A DNA stretch of 64,000 nucleotides from the human T2T-CHM13v2.0 reference genome, Homo sapiens: assembly GCF_009914755.1 (NCBI RefSeq), contig NC_060943.1; one strand, written 5' to 3'. Below the pieces are notes generated by a model. That model did no database searches. It had not been told where the DNA came from and saw only the letters and a program-made list of their open reading frames with translations. A program made the translations under genes and the position numbers. Shown here in pieces: positions 1-64,000 of the stretch. How positions within the stretch are numbered: the stretch's first letter is position 1; every line of letters starts with the position of its first letter.

Positions 1-211
1 TTTTAGCTCCTGGTGTGTGTATGTTAAGGAAAGATCTTATTTTGATTTCCAATTCACCTTTATGTTGAATGGGCATGCTTTGAGGTCTTATCAGACTCAA
101 ACCTGCTTGTCTGACACCTAAGCTGTCCCCCTCCTGGGGCTACAATGACATTTTGGCCTCTGGTTGGTCCTTATTTTCTGATCACCTTGTTGCTACATTA
201 ATAAAAAATTA

Positions 212-9313
<9,102 letters not shown>

Positions 9314-9603
9314 AGGGTGGGGAGAGAATGGAGCGGGAGGAGGGTCTGTATCACCACAGGGTCTTGGCTAGTGTGGGCTTTGCACTCAGTAGGTGCTCAC
9401 CATTTCAAGAATCAGAGTTCATGCTTCTGCAACTGGCTGCTAGGGAGGGCAGATGCCCTAGGTACTGGACCCAGGGGCATGAAATGAACATTGGTCCACC
9501 CTCTATTGACTGAGCACATACTCCAGCAGATGCATAGATGCTAGAGATGCACAGATGCTAGAGATGCACAGATGCACAGATCTCCTGCGTGCTCACAATG
9601 CCA

Positions 9604-9815
9604 ATGAATGATGGAGGGAATGAATGAATGAGGGAATGAGTGAAGGAGGGAATGAATGAATGAGGGAATGAGTGAAGGAGGGAATGAATGAGGGAACGAG
9701 TGAAGGAGGGAATGAATGAATGAGGGAAGGAGGGAATGAATGAATGAAGGAATGAGGGAATGAATGAACAAAGGAGGGAATGAATGAGTGAAATGAGTGA
9801 ATGAATGAGGGAGAA
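9604..9815. repeat. Purine-rich (GGAATGAA/GAGG) repeat with a 28-32-bp higher-order unit
   Basis: ggagggaatg unit starts at 9613, 9645, 9677, 9705. Confidence 0.9.
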
Positions 9816-10778
9816 ATAGACCCATGACCTGGTGGCTCTGCACAAGGCTTTGATGGGGAGAGTGAAGGTGACAGGGAGGGCTCCCAGGGTAGAACAAAGA
9901 GCTCCCTGACACCAGCCAGTGCCCCACTGACCAAGTGCGGCCCCATTTTGAGGGAGCTGTGATTGGGGAGCAGTAAGCATGGTGCATGGGCCATGTGGTG
10001 CCTGGAAGGTTTCCTGAGGGAGGCAATGAGGCTGCTGGGGGGAGCTCTGTGAGTGGGTGTGTGTGTGGGGGCTGTGCTCAGCTCAGTGAGCTTGTGGGTC
10101 ATGGTGGGTAGGGAAGTATTGTCACTAGGAGTTCAGCAGCCTGCTCATATCCCAAAAGTAGCCAGAGGGGCCTTCTAGGGGCTTCCAGGGTAAGTGGTTT
10201 GACCCATGCAGGAAGTCTCATGAAAACCCTGGACCTTTGTTTTTAGAAATTGCGGATGCTCTCCCCCAACAGACCCCGGCACCCTCCTATCTCCATGGCT
10301 TTCATTGTGAACCCCTCCTGGGGCCCATGAGCCTCATGGAGCCGGCCCCTGCCCACCTCAGACTTCATTCCCCTTTCATGTCGCTTTCCCCTAATTCCCC
10401 CCACACTGACCTCCACGCTGGTCCTCAACTGTGCCCCATTCCCAGGCCTGTTCCCACCCCAGGGCCTTTGCACTGGCTGCATTCCGGATGTACCCACAGC
10501 GACTCCCTTTTGCCTCACCAGGTCCTGCTCAGATGCCGCCTGCCTCTCTCAAGGGCCTCCCCTGCCTCTGCCCTTGGTCCGTGTGACTGACCACATCACC
10601 CCTTGCAGTCTTGTCACCATCCAGCACGGCCTGGTATTCAGTCATATACATGGAAGGGGTCTCTCTTCCCAGAGGACTGTGAACCCCAGAGGGTGGGGCC
10701 TGGTGGTCTGGATGCTCTGTCCCCAGAGCTGAGAACAGTGCCTAAAGCACAACAGACACTGGTATGCACCAGCTGCCT

Positions 10779-11412
10779 GAATGAATGAAGGAAGGAGGGA
10801 ATGAATGAATGAAAGAGGGAGTAAATGATAAATGGAGGGAAAGAATAAAGGAGGGAATGAATGATGGAGGGAATAAATGCATGAAAGAGGTAATAAATGA
10901 ACAAAGGAGGGAATGAAAGAGTGAAGGAGATAATAAATAAGGATGGAATGAGACCAGATGCGGTGGCCCACGCCTGTAATCCCAGCACATTGGGAGGCCA
11001 AGGGAGGACCACCTGAGTCCAGTAGTTCGAGACCAGCCTGGCCAACATGGTGAAACCCTGTCTCTACAAAAAATACAAAAATTTTGCTGGCCCTGGTGAC
11101 GTGCACCTGTAGTCTCAGCTACTAGGGAGGCTGAGGTGGGAGGATTGCTTGAGCCTGGGAGGTCTGCAGTGAGCCATGATCATGGACTCTAGTCTGGGCG
11201 ACAGAGTGAGACCCTGTCTCAAAAAAAAAGTACTGAATGAGTGAAGGGGGGAAAGAATGAATGACGGAGGGAGGGAAAGAGTGAGTGAAGTAGGGAATGA
11301 GTGAATGAAGATGGAATGAATGATGGAATGAATGAAGGAGAGAATGAGGGAGGGAATGAAAGAGGGAAAGAACGAAGAAGAGCATGAATGAATGACCGAG
11401 AGGATGAATGAA
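10779..11412. repeat. Purine-rich (GAAT/GGAA) tract interrupted by an Alu (about 10952-11230)
   Basis: Direct reading; preceded by an L2-like 3' end (acagtgcctaaagcacaacagacact). Confidence 0.85.
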
Positions 11413-13198
11413 TATAGGTGCTGAAGTCCACTGTGAACATTTTGGGGGGTGTGAGCAGCCATTGCAGGGATCTGGGGAGGCCTGGGAAAGGCAGGGGAGA
11501 TCCAAAGGATGGATTTGGTGATTTTGATGCGGAAGCTGGAGGGAGGCAGTGGCCGGGCCAGGCTGAAACAGGGGCAGGTGGGTGGAGCCCCTGCCCTGTG
11601 TTGGTCAGGGCTGGGCAGGGCCAGGTACTACAACAAACACACCCCACATTCCAGTGGCTTACCCCAGTACAAGGTTATTGGTTCCCAGAGCCAGGGGCGC
11701 AGGGTGGTGGGGCAGGGAGCCAGGAAGGGGTGGGGACCACTCATTTCTCCAGCTTCTCAACCAAGAAAATCTGAATTTCCAGCTTCTGTGATCTAAACTT
11801 TTCCTTTCCTTTCCATTTCCTTTTTGTTTCCTTTTTTTTCTTTTTTTTTTTTGGATGGAGTCTTGCTCTTTGGCCCAGGCTGGAGTGAATTTGCGTGATC
11901 TCGGCTCACTGCAACCTCTGCCTGCTGTGTTTAAGCAATTCTCCTGCCTCAGCCTCCGGAGTAGCTGGGATTACAGGCACCCACCATCACGCCTGGCTAA
12001 TTTTTGTATTTTTAGTAGAGACGGGGTTTCACCGTGTTAGCCAGGATGGTCTCAATCTGCTGACCTCATGATCCACCCGCCTCGGCCTCCCAAAGTGCTA
12101 GGATTACAGGTGTGAGCCACCACGCCTGGCCTAAAGCATTTCTTGTTTGTTTGTTTGTTTGTTTGTTTTTAAAGTTCATTCTTGGCTGGGCATGGTGGCT
12201 CACACCTGTAATTCCAATACTTTGGGAGGCCAGGGCTGGTGGATTACCTGAGGTCAGGAGTTTGAGACCAGCCTGACCAATATGATGAAACCCCGTCTCT
12301 ACTAAAAATACAAAAATTAGTCGGGTGTGGTGGTGGGCACCTGTAATCCCAGCTACTGTGGAGGCTGAGGCAGGAGAATTGCTTAAACCCAGGAGGCGGA
12401 GGGTGAGCCGAGATTGCACCACTGTACTCTGGCCTGGGCGACAGAGTGAGACTCCGTCTCAAAAAAAAAACAAAAAAACAGTTCATTCTCATTCATCTAA
12501 CAGCAAGTGGTGGCCCGCCTGCCTCCACACAATCATTCAGGAACCCGGCTCCTTTCACTGGGGGCTCTGCAGTTCCCTGGGGCCTCTGCCCGTTATATCT
12601 ACTAGCGAGTGGGGAAGGGGAACTTGGAACCCTCCATCTGGGCTTGGCATTGGTCCTTACACCCCCCATCCACTGGCACATCTCCTGGCCCTACCTGGGG
12701 CAGGGGCAATCCCTCCCCAGTTGGGGGCACACGTGCTAGATGCTTCAGCCATCTGTCCCTGGTGCCACCCAGTGACCTGGGGGCAGAACAGCTGCCCAGC
12801 TCGGGGCTGGACCCTGGGGGTCCTGGTTAGGGTGGTCTGAGCATGAAGAGTCCAGGCTGGAGGTGCTGGGGGATGGTGTCAGGTGCTCCAGACGTCGCAG
12901 GGGACAGAAAGGAGGATGGGTTCAGGCCCCAGCTCCCCCAGGGCCACCAAGCCAGCTGGGGTATGGGGGAGGACAGGGTGACTGGTTTATTACGCTTTGA
13001 GAATCTACCTTCTTCCTGGCTGGTTGGTAAATGGCCCTTGCCCTTGGTCCACTGAGAGATCCAGCCACCAAAAGTTTCACCATAGACCTCATCAAAGCCC
13101 CTGGCTGCCCTGGGGTCCTCCAGCGGGGAGGCTGAGGCTCCCAGAGGCCAGGCGGGGCAGGGCACCAGTGACGCTGTCCCCTCCGTCCTCCCTCCCAG

Positions 13199-31249
<18,051 letters not shown>

Positions 31250-31519
31250 AGCTGTTCCTCTACTGGCCACAAACTCTGGGCCTGGTGGGAGAGGCCAGCT
31301 TGAGCCAGACAGCGCTGCCCAGGGGTGGCCGCCTAGTACACACCCACCTGGCCGAGCTGTACCTGGCACGGCCCATCCTGGACTGAGAAACTGGAACCTC
31401 AGAGGAACCCGTGCCTCTCTGCTGCCTTGGTGCCCCTGTGTCTGCCTCCTCTCCCTGCTTTTCAGCCTCTGTCTCCTTCCATCCCTGTCCCTGTCTGGCC
31501 TTAACTCTTCCCTCTTTTT

Positions 31520-31830
31520 CTTTTCTTTCTTTCTTTCTTTTTTTTTTAAGATAGAGTCTCACTCTGCTGCCCGGGCTAGAGTGCAGTGGTGGGATCTCGG
31601 CTCACTGCAACCTCTGCCTCCTGGGGTTCAAGTGATCCTCCCACCTCAGCCTCCTGAGTAGCTGGGATTACAGGCACCCGCCACCACGTCCAGCTAATTT
31701 TTATATTTTTAGTAGAGACGGGGTTTCACCATGTTGGTCAGGTTGGTCTTGAACTCCTGACCTCAGGTGATCCGCTGGCCTCGGCCTCCCAGAGTGCTGG
31801 GATTATAGGCGTGAGCCTCTGGCCCGGCCT
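31520..31830 (-). mobile_element. Antisense Alu within the SLC27A1 3'UTR
   Basis: T-rich tail then agatagagtctcactctg...gcgtgagcc, between the stop and AATAAA. Confidence 0.9.
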
Positions 31831-32786
31831 TTCCTTTTTCCTCTCCTCTCCTGCCGAGAGTGGAACACGCGTGTCCTGGGAGCTGCATCTTGTGTAGGGT
31901 CCAGCTGCTTTTGGGGACTGCAGGAATCATCTCCCCTGGGCCCTGGACTCGGACTGGGGCCTCCCCACCTCCCTCTCGGCTGTGCCTTACGGAGCCCCGA
32001 TCCAGGCCTCCTGTGGCTGTTGGGTTCCAGATGCTGCAGCTCCATGTGACTTCCAAGCAGGCCCTCCGCCCTCCCTGCTGAATGGAGGAGCCGGGGGTCC
32101 CCCAGGCCAACTGGAAAATCTCCCAGGCTAGGCCAATTGCCTTTTGCACTTCCCCGTTCCTGTCACATTTCCCCAGCCCCACCTTCCCCTCCTGATGCCC
32201 TGAAAGCTTCCGGAATTGACTGTGACCACTTGGATGTCACCACTGTCAGCCCCTGCCTTGATGTCCCCATTTAGCCATCTCCATGGAGCTCCTGCTGGAG
32301 GGCCCTGAACCCTGCACTGCGTGGCTGCCCAGCCAGCTGCCTCCTGTCCTGGGAGGAGGCCTCCTGGGTGTCCTCATCTGGTGTGTCTACTGGAGGGTCC
32401 CACAGGAGAGGCAGCAGAGGGGTCAGGGGAGGTCTCCTGCCGGGGGTTGGCCTCTCAAGCCTCAGGGGTTCTAGCCTGTTGAATATACCCCACCTGGTGG
32501 TGGCCCCTCCGATGTCCCCACTGATGGCTCTGACACCGTGTTGGTGGCGATGTCCCAGACAATCCCACCAGGACGGCCCAGACATCCCTACTGGCTTCGC
32601 TGGTGGCTCATCTCGAACATCCACGCCAGCCTTTCTGGGGCCGGCCACCCAGGCCGCCTGTCCGTCTGTCCTCCCTCCAGCAGCACCCCCTGGCCCCTGG
32701 AGTGGTGGGGCCATGGCAAGAGACACCGTGGCGTCTCATGTGAACTTTCCTGGGCACTGTGGTTTTATTTCCTAATTGATTTAAGA

Positions 32787-32792
32787 AATAAA
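32787..32792 (+). terminator. SLC27A1 polyadenylation signal AATAAA (3'UTR about 31250-32810)
   Basis: AATAAA preceded by a U-rich stretch, about 1.5 kb after the stop and just before an Alu cluster. Confidence 0.8.
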
Positions 32793-32829
32793 CCTGAAGA
32801 CCGTCTGGTGCCTGCTGGGAGCCCATTCA

Positions 32830-33075
<246 letters not shown>

Positions 33076-33785
33076 TCAGGCAGGAGAATTGCTGGAACCT
33101 AGGAGGCAGAGGTTGCAGTGCACTCCAGCCTGGGTGGCAGAGCGAGACTCTGGTTCAAAATAGAAAGAAAGAGAGAAAGGGGGAGGGAGGGAGGGAAAGA
33201 GCGAGAGAGGAGAGGAGAGGGAGGGAGGGAGGGAATACAAAAAGTAGCCAGGCATGGTGGTGCGCGCACCTGTAATCCCAGCTACCCCAGAGGCTGGGGC
33301 AGGAGAATTGCTTGCGCCGGGAGGTGGAGGTTGCAGTGAGCCGAGATGGTGCCACTGCACTCCATCCTGGGTGACAGAGCGAGACTTTGTCTCAAAAAAA
33401 AAAAAAAAAGAAAAGAAAAAGAAGGGACCCTGTACCATGTGGCCCCATCTGCAAGACCAAAGGGACCTTGGGGCAGGGGCACTCGGGTTGGCCCTCTCGC
33501 TGGCCTGCCGAGGGGGAGGCACCTCCCTGCAGTGTCTGGGCCTCACAGGCCCTCGTTGACCTTGTGGTTGCAGGGGAGGGATGGCCAGCCTGCCTGTGGG
33601 TTCCTGCAGGTGTTGCAGGATGGCTCAGATCACGGTATGTCCTGGCACCTGTGGCTGCCCTGGCAGTGTCCTCTTCCATGTACAGGCCGGCTGGTGTGAG
33701 AGCTCTGGGTGAAAGTCGCTAGGCCTGCTGGGGTGGCCGTCTGAGCTGGGATTCGAACCCAGGACTCCAAGCTCAGGAGTCTATA

Positions 33786-34865
<1,080 letters not shown>

Positions 34866-35019
34866 TACTCTCAACTGACTCTCACCTCTGCTGTCCCCCT
34901 CGCGTGTCATAATGTTGGCATCTTGTTTGTTGTCTCTACCTCAGGGGACAGGAGGTGACAGAGCATTTGCTGGGAGAGGACACTGAGGGGGTGACCCTCG
35001 TGTGCAGATGAGCAAGTGA

Positions 35020-35343
<324 letters not shown>

Positions 35344-35589
35344 TGAATTCTGACTAATCTCTCTCCAACCTCGCAACCACTTCAGGAAGTGTCACCATGG
35401 TCCCCATTGTACAGATGCAGAAACTGAGGCACAAGAAGGGGAATGGACTCATTGCCAGGGGCTCCAGGTGAGACAGTGGCCCAGTGAACTTTCTTGTTCC
35501 AAAGCCTCTAGCTGCAATAGTGTCTAGGAAGTTCCCTCCAAGTTGGCCAGAAAATAATCCCAATGACTCTTAGGCTTGAACTCTGTTAG

Positions 35590-35847
<258 letters not shown>

Positions 35848-35873
35848 TAGCCAGGATGGTCGTGATCTCCTGA

Positions 35874-36459
<586 letters not shown>

Positions 36460-36549
36460 TGATCTTAAACTCCCGACCTCAGGTGATCCACCTGCCTTGG
36501 CCTCTCAAAGTGCTGGAATTACAGGCGTGAGCCACCACGCCCAGCCCTC

Positions 36550-37280
36550 CTTTCTTTTTGAATAGTCCTGGCACCGTTGCCAAAGATGAGTTGACCATAT
36601 ATGCATAGGTTTATTTCTGCATCAGTTCCAATCATTTATTTATATGTCTATCCTTATGCCAATACCACAGTTTTGGTTATTGTACCTTTTTATTGTTTGA
36701 AATGAGAAAGTATGAGTCCTCGTATTTTATTCAATATTGTTTTGGCTATTTTGGGGCCATTTGCAATTTATTATTAATTTTAGGATCAATTTGTCAATTT
36801 CAACAAAAACATTGTAAATTTGAAAGGGATTACATTGCATCCGTAGACCAATTTGTGGAGTACTGCCATCTTAACAATATTATACTTTCCAATCCATGAA
36901 CGTGGAATGTCTTACCATTTATTTAGATCATCTTTAATTTTTTTTTTCACCAAAGTTTTAGTTCTTTTGCTTGTTTCGAGACAGGGTCTCACTCTATTGC
37001 CCAGGCTGGAGTGGAATGGCAGGAACACAGCTCACTGCAGCCTTAGTCTCCTGGGCTCAAGTGATCCTCCCACCACAGCCTCCCAAGTAGCTGGGACCAC
37101 AGGCAGCTGCCACCGGGTCCAGCCTTGGCTTCCCAACGTGCTGGGATTACAGCTGTGAGCCACCAAGCCCAGCTACAGCTCTCAAGAAGTACAGTCTTGT
37201 ACTTCTTTTATTAAATTTATGCCTACTTTATACTTTATGATGCTATGGTAAATGGAATTGTTTTCTTAATTTGCTACTGA
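36550..37280 (-). mobile_element. Old L1M ORF2 fragment
   Basis: AT-rich; atgccaataccacagttttggttattgt...gccatcttaacaatatt...ccaatccatgaacgtgg. Confidence 0.7.
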
Positions 37281-37595
37281 TTTTAAAATCCACTACCTGT
37301 GTGAGTTGAACTGCGCTTACACACATCACTGAAATATCCCACTCTCAGAAGTGGCCCAGCCTCCCCAGGCCCACCAGGCCTTCTTCCCCTTCCAGCCCTC
37401 TGTCCAGGCAAGAACTCGATTGGAGGCCTTTCTGGGCACTCAGAGGGACACACCACCACACTAGGAGGGTTAGCTTAAAAAATTCAACAAGCATGGCCAG
37501 GCGCAGTGGCTTTCGCCTGAATGCTACCACTTTGGGAGGCCGAGGCAGGAAGATCGCTTGAGCCCAGGGGTTCAAGATCAGCCTAGACCATATAG

Positions 37596-37863
<268 letters not shown>

Positions 37864-38309
37864 TAGCCAGGATGGTCTCGATCTCCTGACCTCGTGATCC
37901 GCCCGCCTCGGCCTCCCAAAGTGTTGGGATTACAGGCGTCAGCCACCGCGCCCGGCGGTGCAGGAATTTTAAAACTCACCAAAATACGCCCTCCTTCAGA
38001 AAATCCCTGCCACCTCGATAGGACGTCCTCTTCTTGAGCTCCCCTCTCCGGCCCTCCCTGATACAGCAAGGTTGAGCATTCGGGCACTGGCTTCCCGAAC
38101 TCACTTCGACTCAGGCACAGCAGGCAAAGATTCAATGGGTAGGGCCGGACCGACTGCCCGACCTTCGCGGTGCTTCACTTGCCTCACTGCGCATGTGCCA
38201 AAGACAATCACCCAAAGTACTCGAAACCAAGCGGCAGGGCCGGCCCTTGCGCAGGCGTACTAGCGACGGCCGTAGGGAGCGCTTCCTCCTCCCCGCCGCC
38301 GCCCTCGCC

Positions 38310-47717
<9,408 letters not shown>

Positions 47718-47902
47718 CTGGCCAGAGGGACGCCGCAGCTGGGACCAGGCACGCGGCCCATGGGGCTGGGCCCCTGCTGGCCGCCACTCTCCGGGCTCTC
47801 CTTTCAAAAAGCCACGTCGTGCTGCTGCTGGAAGCCAACAGCCTCCGGCCAGCAGCCCTACCCGGGGCTCAACACACAGGCTGTGGCTCTGGACATCCGG
47901 AT

Positions 47903-47908
47903 ATTAAA
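47903..47908 (+). terminator. PGLS polyA signal, variant ATTAAA
   Basis: ATTAAA about 190 nt after the stop, with a GT-rich stretch downstream; no AATAAA seen nearby. Confidence 0.75.
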
Positions 47909-48324
47909 AGGAGCGTTGCTGGAAGTCTGCACTGTCTCGCGGTGTTTGATGGCAGCAGGCCTGGGGGCGCCCTGGCCTGGGTTCTGATCCATAGCCCTCA
48001 TCTGTGGGGAGGAAGGCGGGGCCTGCTTCCCTGGGGCATAGCCACCATGGATGAATTTCCTAAGACAACAGGCTGGGCACAGTGGCTCACGCCTGTCATC
48101 CCAGCACTTCGGGAGGATGAGGTGGGCAAATCACTTGAGGTCAGGAGTTCGAGACTAGCCTGGCCAACATAGTGAAATCTCTTCTCTACTAAAAATACAA
48201 AAATTAGCTGGGCGCGGTGGCTCACACCTGTAATCCCAGCACTTTGGGAGGCCGAGGCTGGTGGATCACGAGGTCGGGAGTTCGAGACCATCCTGGCTAA
48301 CACAGTGAAACCCCGTCTCTACTA

Positions 48325-49680
<1,356 letters not shown>

Positions 49681-50074
49681 GCTGAGCTCCAGCTGCACTG
49701 ACAGGGCGAAGCACTGCATTCAGCCATGCTGCGGACCTGCTCAGAGCCTTGAAAGCACCGGAGAGTCTAGTCTCCATGTGCTGGGCTCCTGCACATTTTC
49801 CCAGAATGCATCTGCTCATGGCCCACCCTTCAGCTTTCTCTAGGCCCCAGGGACGACAGTGTGGGAGGCTGGTGGGTGCATGGGGGCTGCCCAGCCACGT
49901 GCAAGTTTCTGTGGGGGGATCCAGAGGAGGCACCCGGCTGAGCAGGAGATGGGAATTGAAACCTGCGCAGAGGCGGCTGTGCAGGGTGAGAGTGGAGCCG
50001 AAACCACAGAAAGTGAAGTTTGCTTCAACGTCTTGTCCCGGCAGGCCACTCAGATGTGAGAGTGAGGAAGTGGG

Positions 50075-60582
<10,508 letters not shown>

Positions 60583-60664
60583 GGAAAACAAACAAACAAA
60601 CAAACAAACAAACACCCACTCTTGCAAGGGTGAGGGGGAGAGTTAGGTCATGGGACCAGAATCA

Positions 60665-61066
<402 letters not shown>

Positions 61067-61268
61067 TCACCTGAGGTCAGGAGGAGACCTCATGAGGCCA
61101 GCCTGACCAATATGGTGAAACCCTGTCTCTACTAAAAATACAAAAGGTAGGCCGGGCGTGGTGGCTCACGCCTGTAATCCCAGCACTTTGGGAGGCTGAG
61201 GCGGGCAGATCATGAAGTCAGGAGATCAAGACCATCCTGGCTAACATGGTGAAACCCCATCTCTACTA

Positions 61269-61526
<258 letters not shown>

Positions 61527-62974
61527 CTATCTCATAAAGTCTGCCCAGCAGGCAGGCCCATCACTAACTACCCCATTTCACAGATAAGGACATTGAGGCT
61601 GAGGATTGTCACACAGTCAAGGGCAGAGCTAGAATTGCACCCTCTGCTTCACCTAAAAGCTATCTTGCTGTCAAAGGACACAAAAATGTAGTCTGCTGAG
61701 ATGTTGATGCTGCTCAAAACATCAGAATCTGCCCAAATACCCATCTCTTGAGGGTTGATTAAATATATTATGGCCTGGCCCTTGGTAATGAACAGTGAGC
61801 TGGCTGTGGCGGCATATGCCTGTAGTCCCAGGTACTTGGGAGGCAGAGACAGGAGGATCCCCTGAGGCCAGGAGTTCCAGACCAGCCTGGGTAACATAGT
61901 GAGACCCCCATCTCCACAAACATTTTAAAAAATAAAATTACCTAGGTGTGGTGGCATGTGCCGGTAGTCCCAGCTACTCAGAAGGCAGAGGCGGGAGGAT
62001 CACTTGAGCCCAGGAGTTAGGGGCTGCTGTGAACTATGATCACACCATTGAACTCCAGCAGCCTGGGCAACAGAGCCAGGAGCTGTCTCTATTTAAATAA
62101 ATAAATAAATAAATAAAAACCTGGGTGCGGTGGCTCATGCCTGTAATCCCAGCACTTTGGGAGGCCAAGGCGGGCAGATCACCTGAGGTCCCAGCCTGGC
62201 CAACATGGCGAAACCCCACCTCTACTAAAAATACAAAAATTAGCCGAGCGTGGTGGCACACGCCTATAATCCCAGCTACTCAGGAGACCGAGGCAGGAGA
62301 ATTGCTTGAACCTGGGAGGCAGAGGTTATAGTGAGCCAAGACAGCGCCACTTTACTCCAGCATGGGAGACAGAGCAAGACTCTGTCAAAAAAAAAAAAAA
62401 AAAGCCAGGTGGCTCACCCCTGCAGTCTCAGCACTTTGAGAGGCCAAAGTGGGAGGATCACTCGAGCCTAGGAGTTTGAGGCCACCGTGAGCTATGATCA
62501 CACCACTGTATTCCAGCCTGGGCAGCAGAGGAAGACTCCATCTCTGAAATAAAAATAAATTAAAATTTAAAAACAATAAATAAAAGAAAGCAAAACTTAG
62601 CCACTGAAAGTGTCCCAGACGTATCAAGGAGCAAAATGACCAGTTCCAAGGCAGAAAATCCCATCTTGTCACAGATATGCACCTCACACAGTTTCACGCA
62701 GATTTTAGAATCTGGAGAAATGTCCCCTAAACTATTAACAGTCATTATCGTCTCTGGGGGCTGAGGCTGGAAGACTGAGATGATCAGGAGCTTCCACCTT
62801 CTGGACTATTGATTTCCTTTTCTTTTCTTCTTCTTTTTGTTTTTGGACAGAGTCTTGCTCTTGCTCTGTCTCCCAGGCTCAAGTGCAGTGGCATGATCTC
62901 TGCTCACTGCAACCTCCGCCTCCCAGGCTCAAGTGATCCTCCTGCCTCAACCTCCTGAGTAGCTGAGACCATAG

Positions 62975-63418
<444 letters not shown>

Positions 63419-64000
63419 TAACCCCATTTGGGCAGGAAAATCACAGCTCATAGAGCTGTGTGCCCTAGTCATAGAGCTAGAAAGTAGCTTGGCCAGGCTG
63501 GGCACAATGGCTCACACCTGTAATCCTAGTACTTTGGGAGGCTGAGGCAGGCAGATCGCTTGAGCTCAGGAGTTCAAGACCAGCCTGGGTAACATAGTGA
63601 GACCCTGTCCCTTTTGTTAAAAAAAGAAAGAAAATGAAAGTGGTTTGGTCAGGTTGGAACCCGGGTCTGACTGACTCCAAAACCCCACATAAAGCCGGAC
63701 GACTCAGATAACATCCCAGCTTGAATGGATTGGTGGTGGCTGCCAGGAGGACTGTATTAAGGATGCTAAGGCTGGAAAACAGTTCTGGGATGGATTGGTG
63801 ATGTCTGCCTTGGGCATGCAGTGGAAGAAGGTGACCCTGCCTCCCCCAAAACTGTGCCCCACCCAGTGCTGTTGGAATAAGGATGGTGGCAAGTATCGTG
63901 GTATGACTCATATTTATCGAGCAACTGCCCATGCCAGGGACTGCTGTATGCATTTCAGGGGTATTTTCTCCTAGTGAATGAACGTCTAGAAGATGCGACC

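Noticed and set aside
9527-9582. Short agatgc(a/t)-based tandem repeat
   Set aside because: Only about 3 units of a slippage repeat; no sign of function
9541-11647. Long His/Ser/Phe/Ile-rich ORFs (HSFIPSF repeats)
   Set aside because: Translations of the (CATT/CCTT) strand of simple repeats

Overview
Human (primate) genomic DNA, GC-rich and very Alu-dense. From the protein sequences I recognise it as the SLC27A1-PGLS-NIBAN3 locus (chr19p13.11, placement from memory). Three + strand genes lie head-to-tail. SLC27A1/FATP1 has coding exons 2-12 at 13199-31249 and a polyA signal at 32787; exon 1 lies upstream of the window. PGLS is complete, with 5 exons at 38310-47717 encoding 258 aa. NIBAN3/FAM129C/BCNP1 contributes its first five coding exons at 50075-60341 and continues past the window. 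Most other ORFs in the track are Alu or low-complexity translations. I found no evidence for a wholly new gene or system. The most interesting structures are: (1) a 57-bp minisatellite in PGLS intron 1 that appears seeded from the last codons of exon 1 and reads in frame with it; (2) intact solo LTR13 and THE1 LTRs, each inserted inside an Alu with a perfect TSD; (3) a GC-AG intron and a nearly pyrimidine-free acceptor in SLC27A1; (4) a two-start architecture of NIBAN3 that could toggle an N-myristoylation motif; (5) an all-phase-0 PGLS gene that allows an in-frame PGLS-NIBAN3 read-through; (6) several local duplications and a templated inverted insertion.
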